Shown: one piece after another, positions 1 through 8,607 of the stretch
Layout: each line of letters starts with the position of its first letter
Numbering within the stretch: position 1 is the first letter of the stretch
Assembly (NCBI RefSeq): GCF_000284455.1
Contig: NC_017039.1
Span: forward strand, 900,001 to 932,000
DNA from: Synechocystis sp. PCC 6803 substr. PCC-P
GTDB lineage: Bacteria; Cyanobacteriota; Cyanobacteriia; Cyanobacteriales; Microcystaceae
DNA length: 32,000 nucleotides
Direction: 5' to 3'
The notes under the pieces: model-generated
What the model was told of the DNA's origin: nothing
The model's input: only the letters and a program-made list of their open reading frames with translations
Database searches by the model: none
Translations under genes and position numbers: made by a program

Positions 1-2
1 TT

Positions 3-143
3 GGAATTTCCAGGGATATAGATTTGGAAAATACAGATAGTTTGGGCATGCAACTTATCTACAGCCTAACTGAACAACTCCAGGGAGAATTGCACTATGA
101 ATATGTCGGTGGCGCTCAATTTGGGTTGGAATTTTCACTTTAG
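3..143 (+). CDS. C-terminal fragment of sensor histidine kinase (PixA/UirS/SynEtr1-like), truncated by window start
   Basis: Frame 3 reads GISRDIDLENTDSLGMQLIYSLTEQLQGELHYEYVGGAQFGLEFSL* , the typical C-terminal end of a HisKA_2/HWE-type ATPase domain (SLGMQLI..LTEQLQGEL...G..F.L.F). It sits directly upstream of a response regulator. Confidence 0.75.
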   Translation, partial: GISRDIDLENTDSLGMQLIYSLTEQLQGELHYEYVGGAQFGLEFSL

Positions 144-179
144 CTAGCTCCATCAAAAATCAACGAAAATCAACATTAT

Positions 180-917
180 TTGACTGCAACCATGGTAACC
201 AAAATACTGATTGTAGAGGATGAAAGGCTAGTGGCCCAACACATTGCCCAATTATTAAAAAGTGATGGCTATGAAATTTGTGTGATCGCCAGTGATGGAG
301 CAACGGCGCTGAAAAAAATTGCTGAGTTTTATCCAGATCTAGTTTTACTAGATATTCGTATTAAAGGAGAGATCGACGGGATAGAGGTGGCGGAACGGAT
401 AAAATCTCTTTACTCCATCCCCATTGTTTATCTCACAGCTTTTTCTGATGGGGAAACCCTGGAGCGGGCCCAGAAAACCAATCCCCAGGGCTATGTGATT
501 AAGCCTTTTCGGCGGGAACAACTATTATCCACCGTGGCGATCGCCATAGCCAATCATCAACAGCAACGAAAACCTGAGGAAGATACCCTCTCCACGTCAA
601 CGGGCCATTATCGCCTGCAACCGACTTTGGACTATATCGAAGAGCATCTCGACCAAGGAATTACCGTTGAATTTCTGGCCGGGGCGATCGGCATGAGCAC
701 AGCCTACTTTTGTCGCTTTTTCCAAAAGGAAATGGGATGTTCCCCCTATCAATTTATTATCCAACAACGGGTTGAGCGGGCCAAAGCCATACTACTGGAA
801 AGAGAATTGTCCATTAGCGAAGTAGCTTTGAGATGCGGCTTCAGTTCCCACAGTCAACTTAACCACCATTTTCGTAATCTCTTGGGCATTACCCCGAAAG
901 AATATCGTAGTCGCTAG
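180..917 (+). CDS. Response regulator with N-terminal REC and C-terminal AraC-type HTH (NixB/UirR, Slr1213-like)
   Basis: REC core KILIVEDE...LVLLDIRI...VYLTAF...VIKPF; C-terminal double HTH (ITVEFLAGAIGMSTAYFCRFFQKEMGCSPYQF...ISEVALRCGFSSHSQLNHHFRNLLGITPKEYR). The first start is TTG at 180; ATG at 192 is an alternative. Confidence 0.92.
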   Translation: MTATMVTKILIVEDERLVAQHIAQLLKSDGYEICVIASDGATALKKIAEFYPDLVLLDIRIKGEIDGIEVAERIKSLYSIPIVYLTAFSDGETLERAQKTNPQGYVIKPFRREQLLSTVAIAIANHQQQRKPEEDTLSTSTGHYRLQPTLDYIEEHLDQGITVEFLAGAIGMSTAYFCRFFQKEMGCSPYQFIIQQRVERAKAILLERELSISEVALRCGFSSHSQLNHHFRNLLGITPKEYRSR

Positions 918-956
918 CAGTTTCCAAGCAAGATCCGGGCGAAAAAATAAAATCGA

Positions 957-989
957 TGTCAAAAATCAACTAGTTTGTCAAAAATCGAC
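957..989. repeat. Two near-identical 14-nt direct repeats (TGTCAAAAATCAAC / TGTCAAAAATCGAC), 19 nt start to start; candidate regulator binding site
   Basis: Read directly at 957-970 and 976-989. Confidence 0.6.
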
Positions 990-1013
990 CAGGACAGGGT
1001 TGGGAATTTTTCC

Positions 1014-1320
1014 TAGGATGGGACTGTGCTGGTGAGCGACGGGCTGCGAATGCCATTGGCTCAAATCCCAACCTTGCCAAGGATTAGACCTACTCCTACC
1101 CGCTTATTTTTAGGCAAGTTCTTGCAGGTTTGAATCCTAACCGACATTTTTGCTTCTAGGCCTTGGATAGCGAGAGTTACCCTTGGCCACCAAACCTTGG
1201 CTAAGTCGATGCCTTTTGGTACCCCAACTAGCAGCAAACACCAGTCATCTTCCTTGAATCCTTCTCTGGTCAGTCCTACGGGTCACTGTTTGGAGCAATG
1301 CCTGGGGCATTGAGCATTTC
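1014..1320 (+). ncRNA. Candidate small RNA / long 5' leader upstream of the PatA-type regulator (position equivalent to csiR1)
   Basis: 534-nt gap between the two regulator genes with no ORF of 60 aa or more. It has a -10-like TAGGAT at 1014-1019 and a perfect 7-bp hairpin CAATGCC-TGG-GGCATTG at 1296-1312. The csiR1 assignment is recalled from slr1213-slr1214 in PCC 6803; boundaries are guesses. Confidence 0.35.
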
Positions 1321-1451
1321 CTCCCATGTCAATCACAACTGACAGTTAAAACAAGGGAATTACTCGGCCCTAGGTCTCCTTATCCCACTGACAACAGCAT
1401 TAACCGAACACTGTTAAAGTTTATCTTTCCAAACATGCAAAGGAGTTTCCC

Positions 1452-2570
1452 ATGACTGCTGTGATCACCCGCCAAATTCCTGGCCAATTCCTGCAAACCT
1501 TAATTAAGGAAAAAGCTACCGGGAGACTAACGGTATCCAATCCCCTCGATGAGTTGGTCACCTGGCAGGTCTATCTTGGCAAAGGGAAAATCAATTTTGC
1601 CAACAGTGGTGTAGGGGGAATGCAAAGAGTCAGATATCTCCTGGGTAATTACCTGAACGAAAATAAAATTAGCCTGCCTTCCCAAATCTCAGATGACTAT
1701 AAATATATCTGTGATCTTTGGAAACAAGAACTGATTTCTTTTCAGCAAACTCGCTCAATTTTAACCCAGTTTACCCAGGAAGCATTGGTGCACTTTTTGT
1801 CTATTCCTATGACCCAATGTCACTTTGAGCAAGAAGATAGCATTAAAGACCTATTTCTGAATTTAGAATTAGCTAAAACCACCCAATCGGTGGAACATAA
1901 AATTAGATATTGGGGAGAGTTATATCCCCAGATCAATTCACCTTTCCAGCGTCCCTTGGTGGAGGATTGGCAGGAAGTGAAAACGATGCTGAATTTGAGC
2001 TATCGCCGCAGTGAACAGTGGTGTGAGCATTTATTGGAAGGCTTGGGAAACTTGTCTTGTTTGTATGAGCTGGCCCGAAAAACTAACAGCAGTGTTTTAG
2101 AGTTGGCTTTGTTATTTTATCCACGGGTTAAATCGGGAGAAATCAAAATGTTGCCCTATCAAGAAATTTCAGTTGACGATGCCAACTTCCCCGTGGTGAT
2201 TTCCGTCAACAATCGTCCTTCTGTACAGAAAATTGTGCGAGAAATTTTAGGTCAGCGGGGTTTTAAAGTGGTTTGCATTGACGATCCCTGCCACGCTTTG
2301 GCGGCCGCCATCAGCCATAATCCCCAATTGATTCTAATTGACGCTGAGATGCCGGAGATCAGTGGTTATGAGCTTTGCCGTTTGTTGCGAAAATCTTCTG
2401 CTGTGAGGGAAACTCCCATTATTTTACTCAACCAAAATGACGGGGTAATGGAGCAAATTCAAGGGCGGTTAGCGAAAGCCTCCGGACAGATCAATAAACA
2501 GTTTTTATCCCAGGAATTACTGCAAGTCAGAAAAAACTATTTAGATTCTGTCCCTGTTCTTTGTCCCTAG
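1452..2570 (+). CDS. PatA-family two-component response regulator (N-terminal PATAN-like domain, C-terminal CheY-like REC; NixC/LsiR, Slr1214-like)
   Basis: AGGAG Shine-Dalgarno just upstream. N-terminus LLKEKATGRLTVSNP...WQVYLGKGKINFAN; REC features VVCIDDP and LILIDAEMPEISGYELCRLLR. Confidence 0.88.
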   Translation: MTAVITRQIPGQFLQTLIKEKATGRLTVSNPLDELVTWQVYLGKGKINFANSGVGGMQRVRYLLGNYLNENKISLPSQISDDYKYICDLWKQELISFQQTRSILTQFTQEALVHFLSIPMTQCHFEQEDSIKDLFLNLELAKTTQSVEHKIRYWGELYPQINSPFQRPLVEDWQEVKTMLNLSYRRSEQWCEHLLEGLGNLSCLYELARKTNSSVLELALLFYPRVKSGEIKMLPYQEISVDDANFPVVISVNNRPSVQKIVREILGQRGFKVVCIDDPCHALAAAISHNPQLILIDAEMPEISGYELCRLLRKSSAVRETPIILLNQNDGVMEQIQGRLAKASGQINKQFLSQELLQVRKNYLDSVPVLCP

Positions 2571-2641
2571 AGGGAACTTTGTAATCTGTGGTAGATTTTA
2601 TTGTGATTGAGTGATTCCAAATTTGTCTGGGGCCTGTTGCT

Positions 2642-3310
2642 GTGGTCTTAAACCGTTTAGCGTTGGCTTGCCTGTGGTTGGCATTGGTAATTTTTGCCTT
2701 TGGTTTTGCTCCCCCCAGCAATCCCCAAACTTTAGTTTTGATAAAATCCCTTTCCCTGGGGCAGTGGCAGGACATTAACCCGGTGATTATTGCCCTGTTT
2801 AATCTGATGGGTATTTGGCCCATGACCTATGCCGCTATGCTATTAGGCGATCGCCAAGGAAGAAAATTTCCTGCTTGGCCCTTTGTGGCGGGGTCGTTCT
2901 TTTTGGGAGCCTTTGCCCTACTGCCCTATTTGGTTTTCTGGCCACCGACGGCACCAACTGATCCCGCACCATCGAACTTGGGATCATCAAAACTGACTAA
3001 ATTCTGGCGCTCTCCCTGGTTAGGGCGAGTTTTATTCCTGTTGGCGATCGCCTGTGTATCCGGTGCTGTGTTTAGGGGGGATTGGGCTGATTATGGACAA
3101 CAATTGCAAACAAACCAATTCATCGCCGTGATGAGCAGTGATTTTCTCTGCTTGACCCTGGCTTTTCCGCTGGTATTAGCCCAGGAATTGAAGCATCAAA
3201 AAGCTTCTCCCTCTTTGCTTCTCGTTTTGGGCAGTACAGTTCCGCTATTTGGCGCTTTAGCTTATTTAAGTATCCGTCCCAATTTTGTAGTCAAAGACCA
3301 AATATCCTAA
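2642..3310 (+). CDS. Conserved cyanobacterial integral membrane protein, function unknown (Slr1215-like)
   Basis: GTG start; several hydrophobic segments (LALACLWLALVIFAFGFA, MAGSFFLGAF-like region, VLFLLAIACVSGAVF, SLLLVLGSTVPLFGALAYLS). Confidence 0.75.
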   Translation: MVLNRLALACLWLALVIFAFGFAPPSNPQTLVLIKSLSLGQWQDINPVIIALFNLMGIWPMTYAAMLLGDRQGRKFPAWPFVAGSFFLGAFALLPYLVFWPPTAPTDPAPSNLGSSKLTKFWRSPWLGRVLFLLAIACVSGAVFRGDWADYGQQLQTNQFIAVMSSDFLCLTLAFPLVLAQELKHQKASPSLLLVLGSTVPLFGALAYLSIRPNFVVKDQIS

Positions 3311-3402
3311 GACCTTGTTCATTGCCTCTGGTCGAGCATTTTGGGAGAAAAAACGCTAAACCTACCGGATTTAGTGAATATTTGTAGGTATTAAAACGGG
3401 CT

Positions 3403-3861
3403 TTAACTATCAGCCTGACCGTTGAGATAATCCACCAAAGCCCTCAATCCCAAACGATAACTATTCAACCCAAAGCCACAAATTTGTCCGATCGCCACTG
3501 GGGCAATGTGGGAAATATGCCGAAATGATTCCCGCTTATGGATATTACTTAAATGCACTTCCACACAGGGTAGTTGCACAGCTGCTAAAGCATCTCGCAG
3601 GGCAATACTAGTGTGAGTATAGGCCGCCGCATTAAAAACAATGCCGTGGTAATTTCCTAGGGCTCCATGGATGGCGGTGACCAATTGCCCTTCACTATTG
3701 GATTGGAAAGTACTCACCTCTGCCTCTAAATCGACGCCATCTTCCCGCAGGCAGGCGTCAATTTCCCCTAGGGTTAGGGATCCATAAATACCCGGTTCCC
3801 GCTGGCCCAGCAAATTCAAATTGGGACCGTGGAGCACCAATACTTTCCACACCGTTGTCAT
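3403..3861 (-). CDS. aroQ: 3-dehydroquinate dehydratase, type II
   Basis: [71 protein letters not shown] are hallmark type II dehydroquinase motifs. Confidence 0.97.
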   Translation of the reverse strand: MTTVWKVLVLHGPNLNLLGQREPGIYGSLTLGEIDACLREDGVDLEAEVSTFQSNSEGQLVTAIHGALGNYHGIVFNAAAYTHTSIALRDALAAVQLPCVEVHLSNIHKRESFRHISHIAPVAIGQICGFGLNSYRLGLRALVDYLNGQADS

Positions 3862-3881
3862 ACTAAACCAAACAGCCCTGA

Positions 3882-4019
3882 TTAACGACGGGAACGGCGA
3901 TCGTTAACGGGAATGGGAATTAGTTCTGGCTCCGGTTCCCCCTGGGGGCCGAGCAAACCCTCAATCAGCTTCTGGGCCAGTTCTCTGAGTTTATCGAGCA
4001 GTTTTTCTAAATAGTCCAT
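3882..4019 (-). CDS. Small ORF, 45 aa, acidic/proline tail and basic C-terminus
   Basis: Manual translation of the minus strand: [45 protein letters not shown]. Upstream AGGAG is 12 nt from the ATG. It ends about 21 nt before aroQ on the same strand. Confidence 0.5.
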   Translation of the reverse strand: MDYLEKLLDKLRELAQKLIEGLLGPQGEPEPELIPIPVNDRRSRR

Positions 4020-4369
4020 TACCAAGGACGACTCCTGTGATGATGTCTAACCGAACCCGGACGGAATAACTAAAACTGAATCTGTTCAATAAAGTCACAG
4101 TCTAACGTGATAGCCACAACCGTTGGGACAAACCCCCCGGCAGTGATTCCAGTTCAAACCTTATTCGGCCAAGGCTCAGAATGTATGAGGGGGCTAGGGA
4201 AATTTATTTTTAGCCCATGGGAACAGCCTAACACAATTTTTTCGGACAGAGATCCACCGATTTTGGGCCAATCCCAACGATAAAGCACCGATTTTTCCCT
4301 TCTGGAAGTGGTTGGAACAGCATAGGGATACCGTATATTGGGGGGTGTCGTTTCGCCCCGGAGGTTGCC

Positions 4370-5761
4370 ATGACAGAGGTCACTACGACTGTTCGACTAA
4401 ATCCCGACCGAGAGGAGCTACAAAAATTAGTGCGGGCCCAGATTGAAACTCTGCTAGAAACCTCCCAATTCGATGCCGCTAAAACCATTCTCACCCCTGT
4501 GCAACCGGCGGATATTGCTGATGTGATCGAGTCTCTGCCCAGTCGTTTACAGGTGCTAGCCTTTCGTTTACTTTCCAAAAATGAGGCGATCGATGTTTAT
4601 GAGCATTTAGCTCCACCAGTGCAGGAATCCCTGCTAGAAGATTTTAAGCATCCTGAAGTACTGGAAATTTTTAACCAAATGTCCCCCGATGACCGGGTCA
4701 GGCTATTGGACGAACTTCCGGCCAAGGTGGTGCGGCAACTATTCAAACACCTCAGCAACGAAGAACGCAAAGCTACTTCCCTACTGTTGGGCTATAAACC
4801 GGAAACCGCTGGCCGGATTATGACCACGGAATATGTTTCCCTCAAGGAAGATTACACCGCCAGCCAAGCCCTAGACCACATCCGCCACATTGCCACCAGC
4901 TTTGAAACTATTTACGTCCTCTACGTTACCAACGAATCCCGACGCCTAACGGGAACTCTTTCCCTGCGTAATTTGGTTATGGCCAAGCCGGAGGAATATA
5001 TCGGACAAATTATGGTGCCTGATGTGGTATCCGTCCACACCAACACAGACCAGGAAGAAGTGGCCCGCACCATTCAGCACTACGATTTTTTGGCGGTGCC
5101 CGTGGTGGATTCAGAACAAAGATTGGTGGGCATTGTCACTGTGGACGATGTGATCGACATTTTGGAGGAAGAAGCCACGGAAGATATTTATACCGCTGGA
5201 GGAGTGCAGTCCCAAGGAGATGACTATTTCAAAAGTAGTTTGATGACAGTGGCCCGTAAGCGGGTGGTGTGGTTATTTATTCTTTTAGTCACCAATACCC
5301 TCACCAGTCAGGTGATTCACTCCCAGGAAGATGTGCTACAAAAAACCATTGCTTTGGCTGCCTTCATACCTTTGTTAATCGATGCGGGGGGCAATGTGGG
5401 GGCCCAGTCTTCCACTGTGGTGATCCGGGGTTTGAATACGGAGGATGTGCGGCTCACCCAAGTGTTACCGGTCATTGCTAGGGAAGGGGGAGCCGGAGCT
5501 TTATTGGGTTTAATGCTGGGCATTGTGGTGACGGTGTGGGCCTATTTTCTCCAAGGAGATTGGCTGGTGGCCATCACGGTGGGTAGTAGCCTGTTCATTA
5601 TTTCCCTGTTGGCGGCTTTTGCTGGAGGGGGTTTACCGTTTTTGTTTAAGTCGATGAAGTTGGACCCAGCTTTGATGTCGGCCCCTTTTATCACCACGGC
5701 GGTGGATGTGTTGGGGGTGGCCATTTATTTGCTCATTGCCCGCTCTTTATTGGGAATTTGA
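4370..5761 (+). CDS. mgtE: Magnesium transporter MgtE
   Basis: N-terminal MgtE domain, CBS pair (VSVHTNTDQEEVARTIQHYDFLAVPVVDSEQRLVGIVTVDDVIDIL), C-terminal membrane domain FIPLLIDAGGNVGAQSSTVVIRGL. Confidence 0.97.
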   Translation: MTEVTTTVRLNPDREELQKLVRAQIETLLETSQFDAAKTILTPVQPADIADVIESLPSRLQVLAFRLLSKNEAIDVYEHLAPPVQESLLEDFKHPEVLEIFNQMSPDDRVRLLDELPAKVVRQLFKHLSNEERKATSLLLGYKPETAGRIMTTEYVSLKEDYTASQALDHIRHIATSFETIYVLYVTNESRRLTGTLSLRNLVMAKPEEYIGQIMVPDVVSVHTNTDQEEVARTIQHYDFLAVPVVDSEQRLVGIVTVDDVIDILEEEATEDIYTAGGVQSQGDDYFKSSLMTVARKRVVWLFILLVTNTLTSQVIHSQEDVLQKTIALAAFIPLLIDAGGNVGAQSSTVVIRGLNTEDVRLTQVLPVIAREGGAGALLGLMLGIVVTVWAYFLQGDWLVAITVGSSLFIISLLAAFAGGGLPFLFKSMKLDPALMSAPFITTAVDVLGVAIYLLIARSLLGI

Positions 5762-5829
5762 TGGGGGCTTTGGCTCCACAACCTGGGACAAGGGACGTTG
5801 AAAGCCTTTTACTATTTTCCTACTACTTT

Positions 5830-7044
5830 CTACCACTCCACCGTTTGTCTTTCCTCCACCACCCTTTCGTAAATAGCGGCGGTTTCTTTTGCCAACTTAG
5901 ACCAATTAAAGCGGATGCCCAAATCTTTGTAGGCTGCTTCCACCAGCTGTTTGGCCAGGGATGGATTAGAAAGAATTTCCAAAATGCCGTGGGCTAGGGA
6001 ATCGGGATTATTGGTTTGGGTGACAATGCCTGTGCTATGGTGACGTACCACCTCCGCTAGTCCACCAGTATTAGATACTACTACGGGTACCCGGGCAGCA
6101 AAACTTTCCAGGGCGACAATGCCAAAGGGTTCGTACAAACTGGGAAAAACGGCACAGTCGGCAATGGTTTGGAATTTGTCTAAATCTTCGTCGGACATGA
6201 AGCCGGTGAAAAAACAGTGTTCCCAAATTCCCAGGTTCCATGCTAATTGCTTCAGGCGATCAGTGTTGCCTCCGCCAATAATGACAAATTTCACTTGATC
6301 ATTGAGGGCTTCCAGTACCTGGGGGGCAGCGGTTAACAGAACGGAAATTCCTTTTTCATAGGTCATGCGACCAACGTAGTAAACGATTTTTTCTCCATCT
6401 TCGGCAAATTTGCGGCGAAAATTACGGTAATCAAAGTCTGGACGACGGTGCTTTTTTTCCGGACGAATGCCGTTATAGATAACGTCAATTTTGTCCCAGG
6501 GGGTGCCAAAGGCTCTTTCCAGTTCATGGCGCATGTAGTTGCTGCAAACAATTACCCGCCAACCGTTGTAGATTAAAATTCCTTCTTTGCCGGCAATGTA
6601 GCGTTGAGTATCGTTGTAAAGACCGTTATAGCGGCCGTATTCCGTGGCGTGGATAGTCACCACCAGGGGAATTTTACCGTGGTGCTTAAGGTTAATGGCC
6701 ACATCTCCCACCAGCCAATCGTGGGCGTGGATAACATCAAATTTTTTCTGTTCCTGGAATAGGGCTTGCCCTCTCTGTTCCATGGCACGGTTCATGTTAT
6801 CTACCCATTGGAAAAAGTCATTGCTGGGGGGCACTGGCACTCGGTAAATGTGGATGCCATCGACCATTTCCTGGGACGGACTTTCCTCTGTGGCCACGGT
6901 AATTAAATGGATCTCATAGCCCTGTTGAACTAATTCTGGGTAGAGTTCTGCCACATGGCGAGCAATGCCGCCGACAATGCGGGGGGGAAATTCCCAAGCT
7001 AGCACCAAGATTTTCATGGCTGTGACCAATTTTTGTGAGTGCAT
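5830..7044 (-). CDS. Glycosyltransferase family 4 (glycogen-synthase-like; Sll1971-like)
   Basis: MKILVLAWEFPPRIVGGIARHVAELYPELV; VIHAHDWLVGD; VVYVGRMTYEKG-type motif; CAVFPSLYEPFGIVALESFAARVPVVVSNTGGLAEVV. The likely start is the internal MKILVLAWEFPP, 9 codons in. Confidence 0.93.
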   Translation of the reverse strand: MHSQKLVTAMKILVLAWEFPPRIVGGIARHVAELYPELVQQGYEIHLITVATEESPSQEMVDGIHIYRVPVPPSNDFFQWVDNMNRAMEQRGQALFQEQKKFDVIHAHDWLVGDVAINLKHHGKIPLVVTIHATEYGRYNGLYNDTQRYIAGKEGILIYNGWRVIVCSNYMRHELERAFGTPWDKIDVIYNGIRPEKKHRRPDFDYRNFRRKFAEDGEKIVYYVGRMTYEKGISVLLTAAPQVLEALNDQVKFVIIGGGNTDRLKQLAWNLGIWEHCFFTGFMSDEDLDKFQTIADCAVFPSLYEPFGIVALESFAARVPVVVSNTGGLAEVVRHHSTGIVTQTNNPDSLAHGILEILSNPSLAKQLVEAAYKDLGIRFNWSKLAKETAAIYERVVEERQTVEW

Positions 7045-7223
7045 GGAGGGAAAGTCGGGGCTATTGGTGTCGTGGGCACTCTAAAACATTATGCGCAATC
7101 GTGGCGTGGCCACACGGCCAAATTCGTTTCGGAGGTTAGTTAATTTTGCTGGAGTTCTGGCTTTCGAGTTGCAGTCAATTGCCAATGTTTGCCCAACTGA
7201 GGGAATGAAGAACCGGCTAAAGA

Positions 7224-8081
7224 TTGGTGCTAAATGTCCGGAGACTCCACCCAAACAGTAAACTTGCCATAGGAACTTTTTCAATCTGTGTCAGGGAGGC
7301 GAGTGTGGACGATACTTACCAAGGCTATATCAATCGGGTGGCGCCCCAAACCTTGGCGATCGCCTACGAGCAACAATTGATTAATGCTCAAGGTTCTCCC
7401 AAGTTTGACCAAGGACAGCCGGTGCCTTTTCCCGGTTTCAGTGTGGTAACTCCTATTGCCGCTGATGATCCCACTAACCAGAGCTTTTATGGCCATCTGA
7501 CTACTGTACAGGGCCAGGTGGGAGAAATTTTGGGGGAGAGTTTTGTGGCGGTGCCCCCGGAAAGCTTGCACCTCACCGTAGCAGACTTGATTTGGGATGG
7601 CCCCTACCAGGCCCTACGTCGTCATAATCCTGACTTTGAAAAACAACTTTGTAACTGTTTGCAACATTCCTTTGCGGATCACCAACATCAGTCGGGGCCA
7701 TACTCCGGCTGCCAATGGCAGGTCCTGGGATTGTTGGTTTTACCCCGTTCCTTGGGGGTGGTTTTGGTGCCCCAACGGGAAGCGGATTATGAACCGATAC
7801 TTAAGGTACGACGGGCCATTTTCCAAAATCCCACCCTGATTGGTTTAGGCATTGAGCAACAGTACCGTTACACGGCCCACATCACCCTTGGTTACTTCGA
7901 CCCGGCGATCGAGAAGTTGGCAGATTCGATCGGAGTTAGTGAACAGTTGGCTGCTGTCAATGACCGCTGGATTGGCCATGACCCAGAGATTTTAGATATT
8001 CATAGCATTGAGCTGCGCTATTTCAGCGATATGACCCAATTTACTCGCCAGGACTACTATCCCGTTTTGAGGGCTAGCTAG
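7224..8081 (+). CDS. 2H-phosphoesterase-like protein (two HxT/L motifs; DUF1868-like)
   Basis: Motif 1 SLHLTVADLIW and motif 2 YTAHITLGYFD, the paired HxTx-like motifs of the 2H superfamily (LigT / 2'-5' ligase fold). Start codon uncertain. Confidence 0.72.
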   Translation: MVLNVRRLHPNSKLAIGTFSICVREASVDDTYQGYINRVAPQTLAIAYEQQLINAQGSPKFDQGQPVPFPGFSVVTPIAADDPTNQSFYGHLTTVQGQVGEILGESFVAVPPESLHLTVADLIWDGPYQALRRHNPDFEKQLCNCLQHSFADHQHQSGPYSGCQWQVLGLLVLPRSLGVVLVPQREADYEPILKVRRAIFQNPTLIGLGIEQQYRYTAHITLGYFDPAIEKLADSIGVSEQLAAVNDRWIGHDPEILDIHSIELRYFSDMTQFTRQDYYPVLRAS

Positions 8082-8244
8082 GCCCATTGCCGCCAGGGGA
8101 TTCTCTCATTAATACACAAATTTTTGTCCGTAAACATTACAGTGTACAGGGCCAATTTCTGGCTTGTGCATAGGTTACGGCTGGAATTTTTGGGTTTAGA
8201 TGGGAAAAGAGATATTTTGTTAATCTGCGGAAGTATTTACCAAG

Positions 8245-8568
8245 ATGTTTAAATTCCTTGCCAATAATTATTCACAATCTTTGGGGTTAACTGCTTGCCT
8301 GGGGCTATTCACCTACTTGGCGATCGCCGTTCCAGTGGAAGCCCAGGGGCAAAATAGTTTTGAAAATTACCGTCAGCAATGCCTGCGTCGGGTGGAACAG
8401 GCTGGCATTAAGGGGGCGGCGGCTCAGGAAATGTGCAACTGCACAATTAATAAGTTCAAGCAAAAATATTCCCTGGCAGAATTTACCAAGCTTGTGCAAC
8501 AGTCGGAAACCAACCAGGCGATCGCCAGACAATTGGCGGAAGTAGGGGAAGAGTGTTTGTACGAATAG
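8245..8568 (+). CDS. Small exported protein with conserved-looking cysteines, function unknown
   Basis: 107 aa; hydrophobic N-terminus LGLTACLGLFTYLAIAVPVEAQG resembles a signal peptide. Cysteine pattern QQC..., MCNC..., EEC. Confidence 0.7.
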   Translation: MFKFLANNYSQSLGLTACLGLFTYLAIAVPVEAQGQNSFENYRQQCLRRVEQAGIKGAAAQEMCNCTINKFKQKYSLAEFTKLVQQSETNQAIARQLAEVGEECLYE

Positions 8569-8607
8569 GATCACCCCAAACTGAAGACTAATCCCTTTCC
8601 AATCCAC

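Noticed and set aside
4200-4369. Mg2+ riboswitch (M-box) or yybP-ykoY upstream of mgtE
   Set aside because: No recognisable M-box or yybP-ykoY conserved core could be read by eye. A covariance search would be needed.
4228-4578. 116-aa minus ORF at the mgtE 5' end
   Set aside because: It overlaps the conserved mgtE coding sequence and has low-complexity Ser/Arg composition.
7081-7284. Track ORF labelled + (MKKFLWQVYCLGG...)
   Set aside because: The translation only matches the minus strand (start TTG at 7284, stop at 7081), so the track strand is wrong. It overlaps the 2H-phosphoesterase ORF and looks spurious.
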